From Spizellomyces punctatus DAOM BR117 (lineage: Eukaryota): 64,000 nucleotides of DNA. Positions within the stretch are counted from its first letter, which is position 1. Each line of letters begins with the position of its first letter. Below, piece by piece: positions 38,735-53,690 of this stretch. The notes below the pieces were generated by a model. That model did no database searches. It had not been told where the DNA came from and was given only the letters and a program-made list of their open reading frames with translations. A program made the translations under genes and the position numbers. The stretch is taken from assembly GCA_000182565.2 (NCBI GenBank), contig KQ257468.1. The stretch is one strand, 5' to 3'.

Positions 38735-40315
38735 ATGTCAGAGCGAGAACAATCAACAAACACATTCCCATCACAGTCTGAAGGTTCTGATCCCGACATG
38801 GCTCAGTTGGTCGATGACTCGGACACGAGCAGTAACAACAGCGACCATGAGCACATTGAAGGCGGAGGCTACTGGTGTCACCAATGTCAAAGCGAAATCA
38901 GCCCGTTGATGGACTCTGGAACACCTACCTGCCCACAATGTCATTCTGAATTTGTCGAGGAGGTGAGGTTCCATCCGGAAGTCTGTGTATTAACTACAAG
39001 TTCTTACTATTTCCTTGTCGAAAATTCTTAGATAGAAGAAGATAACGATCCGCGAGAGTTTGTGCACAGTGATGAGGATGACCATCAAGACGAGTTTTAT
39101 GTATTTGGGGGCGCGCCACCAGCAGGGATGGGATTACCGAGGGAGGGCGACCGAGGGAATGCTGGTGATATCGCAGGGTTGATTCAGCAATGGTTGGGTC
39201 AGATATTGCAGCCGCAACCAGGAGCTGCAAACAACCGGGAGGCGGGCGACAACCAGGAAGAGCACCAGGGTGACACACATGAATCAGATAGTGCGGAGCA
39301 CCATGACGAAGAGGGACATGCCCTTGCGGCAGAGGAATTAGGGGAAGCAGCGGGAGGAGGTGCTGCAGCGGCGGAAGGACCGGATGGTACGCAGCCACGA
39401 GGGCTTCGATTCACACGTCGACCTGGTCGTCGGCTCAACATTGCGATTAGGACTGGTACGGGAGGGAATACGGAGGGAAATGTGCCAACATTGGATTTAA
39501 ATGCGTGAGTTCTCGATGCATCTGTTCGTAATCATCGCGAGCGCCCTAAATCCCCTTTCGTAGCGTTCTGGAGCTTCTGATGGGAGCAAACGGTGGAGAT
39601 GGTACAAATCCATTAGGAGCATTCTTTAACATGGTTGGAAACCCCGGAGGTATACACCAGTGGACTTTCTCAATGTTTAAGTCGCCTAACTCCCAAATGT
39701 ATCTAGATTACGTTTTTGGACAGCGTGGACTTGATGATATCATAACACAATGTGAGAATCTTTTTCTGTATGAAGTCATGTGATGTCTTGAATCTAACTG
39801 AGTGGTTATTAGTAATGGAACAGGCCGGACAGTAAGTCTTTGCATGCCCATGTTTGCAAGGTAGATGTGAATGCTCATCTGACTCCTGATACAAAGACGA
39901 AATGCCCCACCACCAGCGCCACAAGACCTCATCAAAGCGCTACCGAGACAGAATGTGACAAAGGCCGACATAGGTATGTGCCCCGACACCCCGACAGTGT
40001 GATCGACTATGCACTTGAACCAACCATTCATCCTACAGCGGCCCACAGTGAATGCAGTATATGTCAGGATGATTATACAGAAGGCGAAGAAGTAGTCGCA
40101 CTCCCTTGCAAGCATCTCTTTCATCAACAGTGCATTGAGAGTTGGCTGGAAGTCAATGGTATGCTTTCAATCGCCAATTTCAATGTTCTGTATGTTAACA
40201 CAGGTCTCTTTCAGGAACTTGCCCTGTTTGCCGATACTCCTTGGTGAGCAAGCAGGAAGACAATGCAAACGAAGGGCCTGTGCAAAGTACAAGCGCCAGC
40301 CATCAAGCAGACTAG
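38735..40315 (+). CDS. RING-H2 E3 ubiquitin ligase, RNF115/RNF126-like; multi-exon
   Basis: N-terminal zinc ribbon YWCHQC...CPQCHSEFVEE, NPGDYVFGQRGLDDIITQ, and RING-H2 CSICQDDY...LPCKHLFHQQCIESWL..NGTCPVCR. Confidence 0.92.
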
Positions 40316-40770
40316 GAATCATCTGTTATCCGTTGGGCATAACAACATGGCAGAGGAGAAGGGGTGGGGCATGAGGTTTTAGACGGTAATATGCCCGTGC
40401 TGCTCAACATCAGACGGCAGTGAAAAAAGGGTGTGCCGGTATTTGTACATATATGGGCTGAAGCAACTCCGCTCGTCGTCGTTTGTTTGTGGCACAGGTT
40501 TGAACTTTGATCCGGATCCAATCGATTGACCTCCGTGACTCACCCACCAGACGAGCGTGGAATTTGGGAGAAAAACCCAAGGGCTGGCGAAGGATAAAAA
40601 AAGGAGAGCAATCGTTCAAGGAAAAGCATCCCCAAACTTGCCAAGGGGGTTTATAGATTTCGGGGCAGTGAAGGCAAGATTGTGGAGAGGCGCACTGCCA
40701 AGATTATAGACTTGCCAACAACGATTGTCCTTTCCTGCACGTCTTTCCTGGACCTCATTTTGCAAAACTC

Positions 40771-42544
40771 ATGGCCCCACCTGAAGCTCACCACCAGGCG
40801 GACCCTGAGCTCAATGAGACCCTGCACGACGATTCTGCTCCGATCCTGACCGAACGTACACCCCTTATTCACAACTTGAAGGACCATGATGGTGACCATG
40901 CAGAACTTTCCGTTACCGTTCTCAAAACTGAAGCCAAGACGCTAGTGTCTTTGGCATGGCCGGTATCGTTAGCATACGTGCTCCAAGTTTCTCTCAATTT
41001 GGCCCAAATATTTTCGGTGGGGCATATCGGCACCAAGGAGCTCGCTGCGTCCGCTCTCGCGACGATGCTCTGTAACGTAACCGGGTATTCCATTGGTATG
41101 GGAATGGCGTCAGCGCTGGACACATTGTGTTCGCAGGCACATACTGGAAGCAAGGACCCGCATGCTCTCGGCAAGCACATGCAGAGAGGTATTGTCGTCA
41201 TGGCCGCCATGAGCTTGCCGATTGGCATCTTGTGGTGGTTTGCGGCAGATTTTTTAAGGTTAATGGGACAGCAGGAGGACATTGCGCAATTGAGTGGAAC
41301 CTTTGCAAGGTATGCCTTGATTGGATTGTTTCCAATGTTGGTGAACGAGTGCATGAAGAGGTATTTGCAGGCGCAAGGTAGGAGGGTTGTGCTTTTCTGT
41401 CCGCTTCCGTAAACTTGTTTTGTTAATTTGAAATGGCTCAGGCATCATGAAGGCAACTTTAGCTGTTATCATGATCGCTTCCCCTCTTAATGCCTTCCTC
41501 CAATATCTACTTGTATGGTCACCCATTGGCTTTGGAGTCATTGGCGCCCCTATCGCAACGTCAATCACCTACTGGTGTCTCCCAGTTTTGACTGGTCTCT
41601 ACATCAAATTTGTGGCTGGCGGTGAATCATGGGGAGGCTGGGAATGGAAAGAAGCACTCGATTTATCACAGATCTGGGAATTCTTGAAACTCGGGCTACC
41701 TTGTGTTGCCATGACGTGCAGCGAGTGGTGGGCTTTTGAAATTATAGCGCTTGCTGCAGGGTGGATTGGCGACAAGGAACTGGCCGCCCAAACAATAGTC
41801 TTGAATACGTGTAGTTTGACGTATGTTATCCCTCTGGGAATTAGCATTGCCGCGTCTACACGCATTGGGTATGTTGTCAGTATGCTTTCCCCAATATGCG
41901 TACCCATAGGCTCACTCTTGCTTATAGGAACGCCCTTGGTGCCTATTGTCCCCGGACAGCGCGAGCAGCTGCAGTAGCGTGCATCCTCCTCGCCCTCTGC
42001 GTTGCAACCGTCAATTCGTCCGTACTCATCAGCGTCCGGCATGCCTGGGGCTGGCTCTGGAGCGCAGATGAAGAGGTCGTTAGGCTGGTAGCTACGGTCC
42101 TCCCACTTGCAGCCATCTTCCAACTTAGCGATGCGGTAGGTGCCGGAGTGGGCGGTATCTTGCGTGGTTGCGGGCGGCCGGATCTTGGCGCATACATTAA
42201 TTTGGCTGGGTAAGTTCCGTTTAAATGTGTCGCCAGAGACTGCTTCATCGCCACTAACGCACCCTCATTCTAGATACTACGTAGTTGGCCTTCCCATTGG
42301 CCTAATAGCAACCTTCAAATACAACATGGACATTGCCGGTCTTTGGATGGGTTTAACCATCGGCCTGTTCCTCGTATCCCTTACAACGCTTATTATTGTT
42401 TATCGCTTGAATTGGACCGGGGAAGCGGATCGCGCACGTACGAGGATTATGAAGGTCGATCAGGGGTATGGTGCTCTTCTGCCTGGTGATGTCCTGGTTG
42501 ATGAAGCAACTACGAGGGATGATGATGGTTATTTGAGCGCCTAG
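40771..42544 (+). CDS. MATE-family multidrug/metabolite efflux transporter; 3 introns
   Basis: Motifs VGHIGTKELAASALA, GMASALDTLCSQA, EWWAFEI, ELAAQ, GISIAASTRIGNALGA, GILRGCGR and YYVVGLPIG. Confidence 0.95.
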
Positions 42545-42785
42545 TATTGACTGAGCAAAAAAACGTAACAGTTGGGATGTCCCAAGAGCTGATAGGTTAC
42601 AATCCAAGTTCTTTTGTTGTGATGTAAATATTTAATGGGATTTGGGATGTGAACATGTTAAAATAGCCGTATTGAATGTGAATTGGCCAATTTCGTTCAT
42701 GAGTAATGGCTTGTTGGGGTTTAATGGCTGTAAAGAATCTGCACTGAAATTTGCAAAAAGTTTGACAAACATCATCAGTAAAGAG

Positions 42786-42868
42786 TGACGAGAGTGGGAT
42801 TTGAACCCACGCCTCCGGAGAGATCAGGGCCTTAACCTGACGCCTTAGACCAACTCGGCCATCTCGCC
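42786..42868 (-). tRNA. tRNA-Leu (anticodon AAG)
   Basis: The reverse complement GGCGAGATGGCCGAGTTGGTCTAAGGCG-TCAGG-TT-AAG-GC-CCTGA-(long variable arm)-GTGGGTTCAAATCCCAC-TCTCGTCA folds as a class II cloverleaf. Confidence 0.96.
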
Positions 42869-43084
42869 ATGAGAGTCGGGAAGGTCTTTTAAATAAATGT
42901 ACAGTTTTTTGATATCGCGATACTCATTTATGAGATTCAGTGTCAGTAATTCAAACTCATCGGGTCAAGAAATAGGGACGTTCATTGACGTAAAATTATA
43001 AATGACTGCACGCCATTGACGAATCCCTAAAATACACCGTCTGCATGCCATGCCACCCAACTATGTACAGAATCATAAGATATG

Positions 43085-46000
43085 CTAAGAACCGGCGGGT
43101 CTGGAACGCGGATATCGTTGTCCTGCACAGGAAAGTTAGCTATTTGATTATGCTTATCTTGCAATTCTCAAACATGCATACCCCATTCGTCTTGTGCGAA
43201 TCCAGCCTGTTCGGCCGTGCGTTTATTTTCAGTATTAGTTATTGTTGTCCCCGCTACTGGGGCTGATCCAGGAACCGCATGGTTGGTGCCATGTCCCCCT
43301 GCTAATGGAGGTCCAGGTTGTTGAATGCTATTTTGCCCGTACGTCATCAATGGTGGTCCAACAGGGTGTGGTGGATTGATGACGGGCTGGTGCTGAGTGT
43401 ATGGACTGTGAGGTATAGATGGTGCAGCTGATCCCGCCGTTGAATATCTCGGGGGTATATAAGATTGCGGGCTTCCGGCTGAAGCAGCCAGTGTCGCGGG
43501 ATTGTGTGGTGGGTTAGGTGCGTAGGAATAGACTGGTCTTGATGGGTAAGTCGATTGCGGTGACGCAGAGTAGTAGGGTCGGGGTGAGCTGCCAGGAAGA
43601 GGAACGAATGAAGATCCGAAGGCAGGCGAGATGGCTGCCGCTTGGGAAGTGAGTCCAAAAGGGGTGGAGGATGACGCGAGTCGAGGTGAGTGAGATGCGT
43701 TCAGAAAGTTTGGAGATCCATGTGCCGATTGTATTGGTGAATTCGCAGAGGACAGCGCTGGTATTGAGGTGTTGCTGTATGGAACTGGTGGTTTAGGTGC
43801 AAGAGACGGTAGACCCTGGCCTGCAAATCTTGGTGAGTTATGTGCGCTGCTTGAAGTCACAGAAGGACGGATAATTGGGAAGGCCGGTAAGGTTCCTGGA
43901 TAAGAACCAGCATAACTGGACGATGGTTGAGGCATTGTAACAGGCAGGCCGCTATGTTGTGTCGGTGGTGCGGGAACTGGTGCTTGCGACCAAGAGGGGT
44001 GCGATATGTTGTTTGAAGATATTGTACCACTTCCCATCTGAACGCCTTCCATGCTGCCATTTAGGCGGCCCCCACCGGTCGCAGAATGTGTAGGTACTGC
44101 AGCGCTGAGTCCATTGACGATGCCAGAGCGCGGATGCTGATGCGTGGGCGGCGCCGCCCGTGTTGGTGCATTGAGGATTGAGCGTGATGCATTTTCTGTC
44201 GACGGCGTTCGAATCTGCGAGAGAGTTTCAAGTGATTCCGCCTTTACAACGTGCTGGCTAGAACTTTCGGTAGTTCCATTGGACACCGCGGGCCCTTTCC
44301 CTTTCTGTTCATGAGCGCGCGCAGTCGGTGGTTCAGGCTCCTCGTCGCTGCTCAATGTCAAGTCGATCACTTCCGGTTCTGTCCGCTTTCGAGGTGATGG
44401 CTTTGGCCGGGCAGTTGATGGCTCTGCGCAACAGTTAGGTCAGTAGCGTGTACACACTCGCACCGCTGAGACTTGGCCTTAGGCACTCACTTGAAGAGGC
44501 AGGAATAAGTCGCTTGTATTGTTTAATCTCTTCTTCATCAGAATCCACAGACAAAACCTCTCCCGTGTCCACTGTTTCTTTTTTTTCCTCCGATTCAAGC
44601 GTCTCTTTCTTATCGCCTGGCACATACCAAGACCCATCCGGCCGAATCTCAACCATATCCACATCTTCAGACACGGACTGCAATATATCCATGAAATATC
44701 TAAGACACACCAAAGGGATCAAATCGATATCAAGCACCACGTAAAGCTACCAACTGAAACAAAACTTACCCGTCAATCGAGATGGACTCCCATGATTGAA
44801 TATATTTACTACAAACATTTCAGCGTGAGGTCAGCTTAATGCAACGTACTATGCAGTATAGAACTCAAACCCAACCTGCAGATAGGACATGTCCATGTCG
44901 GCACTTGCTCGTTCAATGCAAAAAATGTTGAGCAATCAAAGCACTGCACATGTGTGCAAGTCGATGGTCGTGCGGGGTACGTCATTCGCACCATGGACGC
45001 AGGATCTTTGAGAGATACTGGGATGTCCGATGTAGCAACGACGTCATCATCGTCGGCCTGAATTTGCTGTCCTGTGTAAAAAGATATACTATTAATGCGA
45101 ATGGAGGGGCAAGAATGACCACGAACGACGTACTTTCTGCAAGGACCTGCTCTTTAGGGATAAACTTTGTGCTGCGGATCCGTTCTACAATGGTATCAAT
45201 AGGTACACGAGTCACTGTTTGTACGCTCATCAAAAATCTGGTTGGTTGATCTCGTTGTGTCTAAAAATCGATTTATGAGCGTTCCATAGCCAAGATCGCG
45301 GTATCTACGACGGTCCAGGGACACCTACTCGTCTGTCGCGATCTGGGAAAGGTAGATTCTGCTTGTTTGGAAGCTGGCCAACGCGGAGTTCAACTCGTTG
45401 CCGCCCACCTCCATGCTTAAGTCGACAATGTCGGGTGATATCCGCTGGTTGACCCGTCCAGGGCTTTCCCTTCAGTCCAGTGAATTTCTATGCAGCACCT
45501 ATGAGTGGAATCACCTCGCAATGGACTGCGCCGTTAGCGTACCTTGATATCAACTCGCTCATTATTGACCCAGAGCTCACAGGGGACAGGCCATTGCAGC
45601 GAAAGAGGTGTATGTGCAACTTCATACGGGCCAATGAAAACCATGACCTGATACGGAGGCGGGTTGGAACCTAACGCAGCTTGCAATCTGGTTGCTTTCT
45701 CTGCGCTAATATCGAAATCCACTTTGAAACTTGAATTTGCGTGCCGACCTAGACGCAGTGGCAGAATAAGTGACGGCCCACATCATCCACGTATCCCATT
45801 GACTCACAGTCACAGATTTTTAGCGCCGACAACTTCTGTTCTACCTCCCAGAATGGTGAACCTTTGAATGAATGCGGATCTTGCGATATTCTACCCGATC
45901 CATGCACGTTAACAACTGCAGAATTCCCCGCCAATTGTCCCATCGTAGCGAGGGCAGCACTGGTAGTGCTCGGTGGAGGAACTTTGAGGCGAATGCCCCT

Positions 46001-46449
46001 CGGGGATCCAATCGGCCTGGATGAGGAGGCTGGCGAGCTGTACCCGCTATAAGTCCTATTGAAAGATACATGAGATCCACGTTGATATGGATGGACCAGC
46101 AACAGATTCTAATGTTCCAGTTCTTAAAAGTGACAAGATGGTTACCTATCGTCAAGCTGCTGTCTCACCAGATCGAATACGCGATTAACGTCCTGGTGCC
46201 TATTTCTCGCGGCATCCTGGAGATATTCTTCAAGTCGCTCTTGAAGGTCAGGTTTGTTACCAGTTCCAGAAAGTTTCAAGGATTTCAGCACTTCCTTCAG
46301 CTGTGGTTTAAGTAGGCGAGGGATATGTTTGCGCTTGAGATCCTGAACAGACCACATGTCGTTTAGTTCTTGCAGCTGAGAACCCCTGACGAAAGGCTAA
46401 GCAGTAAGACACTTACGTTTACAAGTGCACTTACACCGTCCGCCGACAT
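43085..46449 (-). CDS. SIZ/PIAS-family SUMO E3 ligase (SAP, PINIT, SP-RING/MIZ domains); multi-exon
   Basis: SAP motif QLKEVLKSLKLSGTGNKPDLQERL, FKGSPFW, GLKGKPWTGQP.DIT and SP-RING C.HVQCFD...WTCP.C, followed by a long Pro/Ser-rich tail. Confidence 0.9.
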
Positions 46450-47078
46450 CCTCCTCGGCAGACGATTGGAACTAAAAAGGCCCTGCTAAAAGGACTTAGC
46501 CCTCCAGTTTTCAACGCCGTCCCAAAAGGAGCTCAAATCCGCGTTCGACTGCTGCTACTGGAAACGGCGGGTTCTAATTTTCTTGAGTACAGAGAGCTGG
46601 ACGCCGAACCACCTCCAACAGCCTCGTTACGAAATAGTTTTCCTCCGATCGACAATAAAAAAGCGCTGTGCGTAGGATTTGTCAATTCGCTTCTCCCCGC
46701 ACCAAGTCAGCTTATGATGATAAATAGGTGATAAATTTATAGTGGAAGGAACTTCTGGGTGCAAGCAGCTCCGAAATGGCAGATCGTTTTCTTGTTGATT
46801 GGAATCCCTCAAATGTCATTCAGAGACATGTCTCAGGCAAGCTCGCCATGCTCAACGGTTTCTCTTCAGTCCCTTTTGTGACTGAGGATGCAGGCACCAA
46901 GGTCAAGGATTCTTCCTATACTCTATCATTTATTCTTCAACGAATTGAAAGACTACATTCCACTGTCCAGCAACAAAACACAAAATAAAGGCAATGTCAA
47001 CACCAAAACCTAATTTCCACAAAGCTAACAAAATGAACAAATCCACTTCCAAACCCCAGCAGTTACCACAACATTGAT

Positions 47079-50000
47079 TTAACTTGGTGCGTACCCATTA
47101 CCATAGCCGGCGCCAGAGTGTTGTCCACCTCCGTTGGCAGCTGCCCGGCGAGTAGGTCGAGAGAGCGTACGTCTCAGCGAACGGTTCCGGAGAAGATCTA
47201 GTTCTGCTTGTGCTACCAACGGCTTTGTCTCGTAGCCTATAAGAAAACTTTAAGTACGCACCCAATTTTTACCATAGCTGATAATCAACCCACCGCTGTA
47301 GCCATTCGGGTTGGCGTCCCGAATCAATTTCAAAAAGACCTCTTCAAGGGTTGTCTGGCTGATTCCCCACGCCTTGACCCACTCCGCCTCGCCACTTTCG
47401 AGGAACCGAATAAAGCGCGGTAACATCTCTCCACCATTTCTACTCGTTGGGAATTGGTACATGAGAGCTCCGGCAGAGTCGTCCTCAAGAATGGCATTCG
47501 GAACCATGTTGGAAACTGTTTGTTTTGCGATCTCGGCGTTTGCTGGATCGCAAATAATGGAGATACGGTAGCCAGTACCATACTTGGTTTTGAGGGCGAT
47601 GGATGTCCCCAGAGCCCGCAATCGGCCGTGTGCCATAATTGCGATCCGGTCGCCAAGCTGAAATGGATCCGTCCATCAATAATTTCACCAGATGAAAAGG
47701 CAGTCTCCCCGGAACTTACCACATCTGCTTCTTCCATACTGTGAGTCGTCTGTACCGGATGGAACGTACACATGAGCGCCTGACACAAACGGATTTTGCC
47801 AATTACATGCATAGAACTCACCAACACAATGACACGCCCCTTCTTGAACTTCTCCACAAACTCCCATACGTGTCTTCGATTCACAGGATCCATTCCAGTG
47901 GTCGGTTCATCCATGAAGATGATTTTTGGGTCACCAATGGTCGAGATAACCAGACTCAAGCGTCGTTTCATGCCACCAGAGTAAGTGCCGGCTCTTTGGT
48001 TGCGAACTTTCCATAAACGTACAGCTTTCAGACGTTCTTCCACAAGGGCAGTCCATGTGTCTTTACGAACTCCCTTTAAGCCAGCGTAGAGACGAATATG
48101 TTCTTCAGCTGTCAGGTCGTCAAAAAGAATATCATGCTGTGGGCAGACTCCCATGATGTTGCGGATCTCAGGCATTTGACTGCGAACGCTCAGATTATAC
48201 ATCAATGCATCACCCGAAGTTGCCGGGGTCAAACCGGAGAGAATCTACCGTATGAAGGGCAACATCAGATTTGGCGTCTACGCATAAAATGCCTCTGGTA
48301 CCTACATTCATCGTCGTAGACTTTCCTGCACCGTTCTGTCCCAGTAAAGCCAAAAGTTTTCCCTCCTCAAAGTTTAGACACAAATCTTTGACTGCAACTT
48401 TATCTTCCTTGCGTTGAATGAACCCGTTTCGGTAGATTTTGCGCAGGTTGACAATACGGACAGCGGCATGATATGCTGAACGTCAAAGACATATCAGAAC
48501 CGCTTTCAACTTTTCATACGTTCCTATTCACGCTTAAGCCGTAACTTACTCTCATCCAACGCCCTGTTTCGCTCGTCGGCAACATCGGGATCCTCGTCTG
48601 CTGGAGGAGTCGAACCAGGACTCCTCCTTTTCTCGCTCCTGAGCCAGTCAACTTCTCCATGCTGCTTACGACCCCGCCCCAATCCCCAGTACTCTGGGGT
48701 AATAAAGAACCAAGGCGGCATACTCCATCCAAACTCATCAGGAATAACGCAGTCAAAGTACCATGTCAAAACGCCATAGAAAGCCATGTTCATCAGAAGA
48801 AAGTACCAACTCTGTATCGGCGGTGGTACATCAGGAGTATTGCCTGACGCATATATGGGGCGGAGCTCAACGGGGAGAGGGTCGTAGAGTGTGGACCAGG
48901 AGAAACCAGGTCCAGGGATAAAGGTATTCGTCAAAGAGTCGAGACGACCAGTTGTGTACGTTGTGATATCTAGGAAAGCCTTTCCACTGCAGAATACATA
49001 TATGAATCAACATTTGTATGGTTGACCATTCAGAAATGAGTCAGACACTTACAAGTTGAAAAAAGGAAAGAACATAAGAACTAGACAACCAGATTAGCTA
49101 TCATGTTCGATGCGGTTGTCAACGTCAACACAGCGGATACAGCAAGCTTACCAATCCATCCAGCCGGGCTCGTCCCTTTATCCCACCAGATGTAACCGAC
49201 AAAGCTGCTACTAAAAACAAAACTCTCGAACAAGAGCCCAATAATGAAGACGAAAATGCCGATAAGAATGGCAACTCGGGCCTTCCGGACAAAAGTAGTG
49301 ATGAAGAACGCCAGCATCAGCATTCCCTCGCCGAATAGGAAAAAGGTGAAGAATATCACGCCAAAATTGGTGTTCTTGAATGCAAAGAACCCAAACATTA
49401 AGCCGAATATCGCTGTCACGAATGCGCCGACTGCAATGAGGAGGGAATTCGAAAGAAAGTGTGACAGCCAGTACACCGACGACTTGAGGCCCATCATTTC
49501 CATTCCATGACGCAATTTGTTTTCTTTTTCAGAAACGAGCAGGTTGAGGACGTTGATAAAGATCACCATTTCAGAACAGAAGAAAAAGACGGGACCCAGG
49601 TTCTGCACGATGGTGTCCGAAAGCGTCTTTGGTGGGATCAATGGCCAGTCTTTAAGTGTTACGTCCATACTCGTGGGTTGGCCACCATTCAGAAATGAGA
49701 CTGTGAACAACAGTACGGTCAAGTCGCAGTTCATGTTTCACGTCACGAACAAACGCTTACTGATAGCTTCGTCCACTCCACGCATAAATGAAACCACCTC
49801 GCGGCCGTAAACGTCGGTGCCGTTGGCAACATTCGATGCATTATACCAAACCTGGTACGCAATGTTGCGAGGAGGCCCAGGTGTATCCGTGAATGTGATA
49901 CCTACAAAAAGTGGATTGACGTATAAGTACTATGAAATAAAATTATACTTCTATATTCATGCCCATACCCCAATAAGTGACGTTGGGATTGAACAGTGTG

Positions 50001-50627
50001 TAGTTATAAATGAATTGGAACGATGGTACTGGGACCATCCCAAGCTTCCTTGGGGGCAAAGTAGCGAGATTGTTCAGAGGAACTTCTTTCGGAAAAGCTG
50101 GTTGCCCTGTCCTCTGCGCGTTCTTTGTTGCAAACAAAGCGAGAATTCCGTCGGTAGTGGCATCAGACGGTGTATACATAATGTTTATGCAGGGATCATC
50201 CGGCTTCGCTCCCTGTTAACGACCCAACATGAATATGGTTTCTTGTGAGCACAAGTCTTATTTATGCTTGCCCAAAACAGGAGAAGGCTAACCTGACAAT
50301 TGTAAATGCCCTGCAGAGGAGCTCCTGGTGGATTCGGGTCGCTTCTTCTTTGATTCGCATAGTCGGCTTTTTGCAGAATGAACAAGAGGAGCATGAACAC
50401 AAAGGGGGCAATGATGGTTTGCGCAAGAGTCGACTTTGTGTAGCGAATCTAGAGTGTAGGTATTGTGACCAAGTTACTATTTGACACAAATGTTAAAGCC
50501 TCGGGTACTGCGAACCAACCTGAAGAATAGTGTTTCTCTTGAGCATAATACCAAGTTGATCAAAAAACCTCACAAAGTAGCCCTTCCTCTCCAATGAAGG
50601 ACTAGCGAGGTCTGCTGGAGGATTCAT
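47079..50627 (-). CDS. ABCA-subfamily ABC transporter (single TMD + NBD); multi-exon
   Basis: Motifs LVSEKENKLRHGMEMMGL, LLGQNGAGKST, GVCPQHDILFDDLT, YSGGMKRRLS, MDEPTTGMDP, TTHSMEEAD, LKTKYGTGY and QTTLEEVF. Confidence 0.95.
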
Positions 50628-51576
50628 GGCGTTCGTCGAGCGATATTCAGTGCCAGTCAGGAAAGGCGTTGACGATTGTCCTTCTCAAAGGTCCACCCAA
50701 AAGGACGCTCAAATCTTAGCCAAAGCAAGCTTCGCTTGGCTCTCGGGTACAGGCACTTTTCTAATGTTTTTTTCCGCTCCCGGTAGTGTTCAAAATGGGG
50801 GATAATACAAGGTAAGGCTGTGTGTGTTTTGCGCCCTTCCAGTTGGCCTTCCAACTCCGAATTCGGTCGCCAACTGTCACGTGCTGGTGCCAGCGCCTCG
50901 CAAAACGCCAAGCGATGAAACCACCATTTGGTTTTGGGCATCGCCTTTCTTTAAAGATGGAGATTGCGATCTTGCTTTTGTTTATGACAACAGCCGTACG
51001 GACAACGTCTATTCTTTGAACATTGTTAAAGACATTCTGACATCCGCTGTAACTGTCCATCACACACGTCCACCGCAGAGGCCTTCAAAGGTGCATGTTG
51101 AAAGGTCAGAGAGTGCACTGGCCGACCCGATCCAAATAGTCAAGGCCAGAATGACGCTTTTAAGAAAGGATTGTCTTGGCTTGATATGATCCGGTACTGT
51201 ATTCTCTACAAAAGAGTGGAAGGATATTCTTTCTCCAAAGTCTTGAGTGACATGAATATACAAACCGAACCCCACTATCTAATGTATACCACGGCGGACA
51301 CCATAGCCGTCTTGATGCTTCAGCATCTTTATCATTTCTCATCTTGTAGTGCGCAGGGTCATTCCGTGCAATCGCTGCATGTTCAAAGAACAGCCCCATT
51401 GCATTTCTTCATGTGGCTGGCATTTTCATATATACGCTATGGGATAAATGACCGTCATTTGTCTATTCTGGGAACGTTGCAATTCCGAATGAGGATGGGC
51501 GACTTGTCATCAACAGCAGGTTGGGTGCGCGACGGAATGCCCAATCGTCTCAACCTCCCAAGTTAACATTGCGCAT

Positions 51577-53095
51577 ATGGAAGCAGCCAGGCAGAATTTT
51601 GGGACGACAGGGCCTCTTCCGACGGAGCTATGGATTGCCATAGTATCCCACATTTCCTCTCCGACCATTCTCTGGCATATCCGCTCCGTCAACACTGTGT
51701 TCCGGCATATTGCGCTAGCGGCAATTTACGGTGTTTACACAGGAACAAACGCAGTACTTCTTTCAGATCCTGACCTTGAAGATTCTGCGACAGATAGTCT
51801 GAAGAAAAAACTTGAGAAAGGACCTGGGCGTCCGCGCCTGTCTCTCAACTTCAGCCTCCCATCGCCAGCTTGTTCCCCAGAGCCCGCCACATATCTGCTT
51901 AGCCCTCGCCTTCCGCCTGCTCTCAATTCCTCCATCAGGAGCGGCATTCTCCCCGATCTGCATTTTCTCCCGGATACCCCGTATGAGGAGTATGCGGCGA
52001 TGGAAGGCTTTCGGGGATTTGCTGCATTGGGTACGTTTGAGTTTAAAAAGAGTCCAAATCAGGAACAATGTTCTCTTTATTTACGGGTCTACACCAGTGG
52101 TGAAAACTGCCAAAAAGATTCAGAGAGATGTGGCAGCGCTAGAGGACGAATACAGCGATGAAGAGTCGACAGTGGATGAATGGTCAAAGTTCACTGGCTG
52201 GCACAAAGAAAACACATCAGTGCCACGTGAAGGACATGTAACTAGCAAAGAGCAAGAACCGCAGCATTCGACACGGGCTCCGGGACAGATCAAAAACCAC
52301 CTCAAGGTGGTTGCAGCATTCTTGAAAATGGGTCGAGCGGATCTGACAGGGCAGCATATGGCACGATTTTCCACACATCTGCGATTTTCATACGATCTAC
52401 TGCTTGGGTACGTTGTCTAGGATCCATCCTTCTTTTTATTGTGTTATTAACTAGCACGTATGGCAATTTGTAGGCACATCCTCTCCACCTACGACCGGAT
52501 CTGTCAACACTCATATGTTCGCGCTGAACCACAGTTATCCCTTCTCGCCCTCACTTGGCGTGTTATCGAAGTGATTGCACCTTCGACCCACACACGTGAT
52601 CTCCGCATATGCAACAACCGCGCTTGTTGTAAAGGCGCACTCAAGATTGGTTTTCACCATACTTTATGGTCTCAAAGTTGTAAGCCTCCGCACGAAACTC
52701 AGGAGGATACCATCGACCATCCGTATTCCACAATTGTGTATCTCAATTCCGCAGAAAGACAGTCAGTGTCTTCGCCACCCACGGATCGATATTGCGAAAC
52801 GCTATGGGACGGAACATATGGAAAGGTCGTGTTAACGACTGAGCGTCTCCACCTTTCTCGGGCACATCCGCCGGCATATTTGGAACTGGCGTATCTATCT
52901 CATTCTGACAGCGATCATGCTAGCTTAGTCACTGTCAAAGTGGTCGCCAGCCCAATGTGGCTACTCAAAGGCCAGATACTTGAAGGCACCTCCGGCATTG
53001 AAGAAGCGATAAAGAGAATGGAAAAGGCTATGGAAAAGGCAGTGGAGGCATTGGAAATGGTCGGCAACGCTTTTGGGAGGCGTGCGGGCGACTAG
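51577..53095 (+). CDS. F-box-containing hypothetical protein; probable introns
   Basis: N-terminal LPTELWIAIVSHI...LWHIRSVNTVFRHIA resembles an F-box. Downstream ORFs lie on the same strand. Confidence 0.55.
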
Positions 53096-53690
53096 GGTGG
53101 CAGCTTAGGTACAAATACGAAAAATCATCGCATTATACTGTAGCTCTCCAATATATCCGCATCTTGGTATTGGACAATAAGCAACCGAGCACACGAGGCG
53201 GACTACAACAGTCAACGAAAGTAAACTCCTTCATCGCTGTCATACTTGGATAATGTTGCAGTATGCTACCCGGTTGCACAACCTGTCATCGGGCCAGTAT
53301 GATAGAAGTGTCGCTGGCAGTTGGAGGCAGACTGAGGGGGCTTTCAACCTTTTTGGGTTCACACATTTGTATTGATAGTGGAGGAAGCTCTCAACCCCAA
53401 CTGCCGCAATTCCGCCGAGAGATCAAGTGTAGCACTTGCAGTACCTGACCATGCTGCCTAAATCTCTTGCAACTATCCAGATATCCCCAATACAGGTATC
53501 GCAGGCGGATGTCATGTTCGTCGTCCTCGTCGTCATCGCGAAACGACAGAGCAGTTGGAACCGGTTGGAATTCATGGCTACTAATTTTTGAATCAACGCC
53601 CGTCTCGTCCTCGTCCGCCTCGTTCCGAAATCATCGTCTCTCGAATCCGACTCATCCTTTGCAATCTTTTATTTGCCTTTGACCGCTCCA

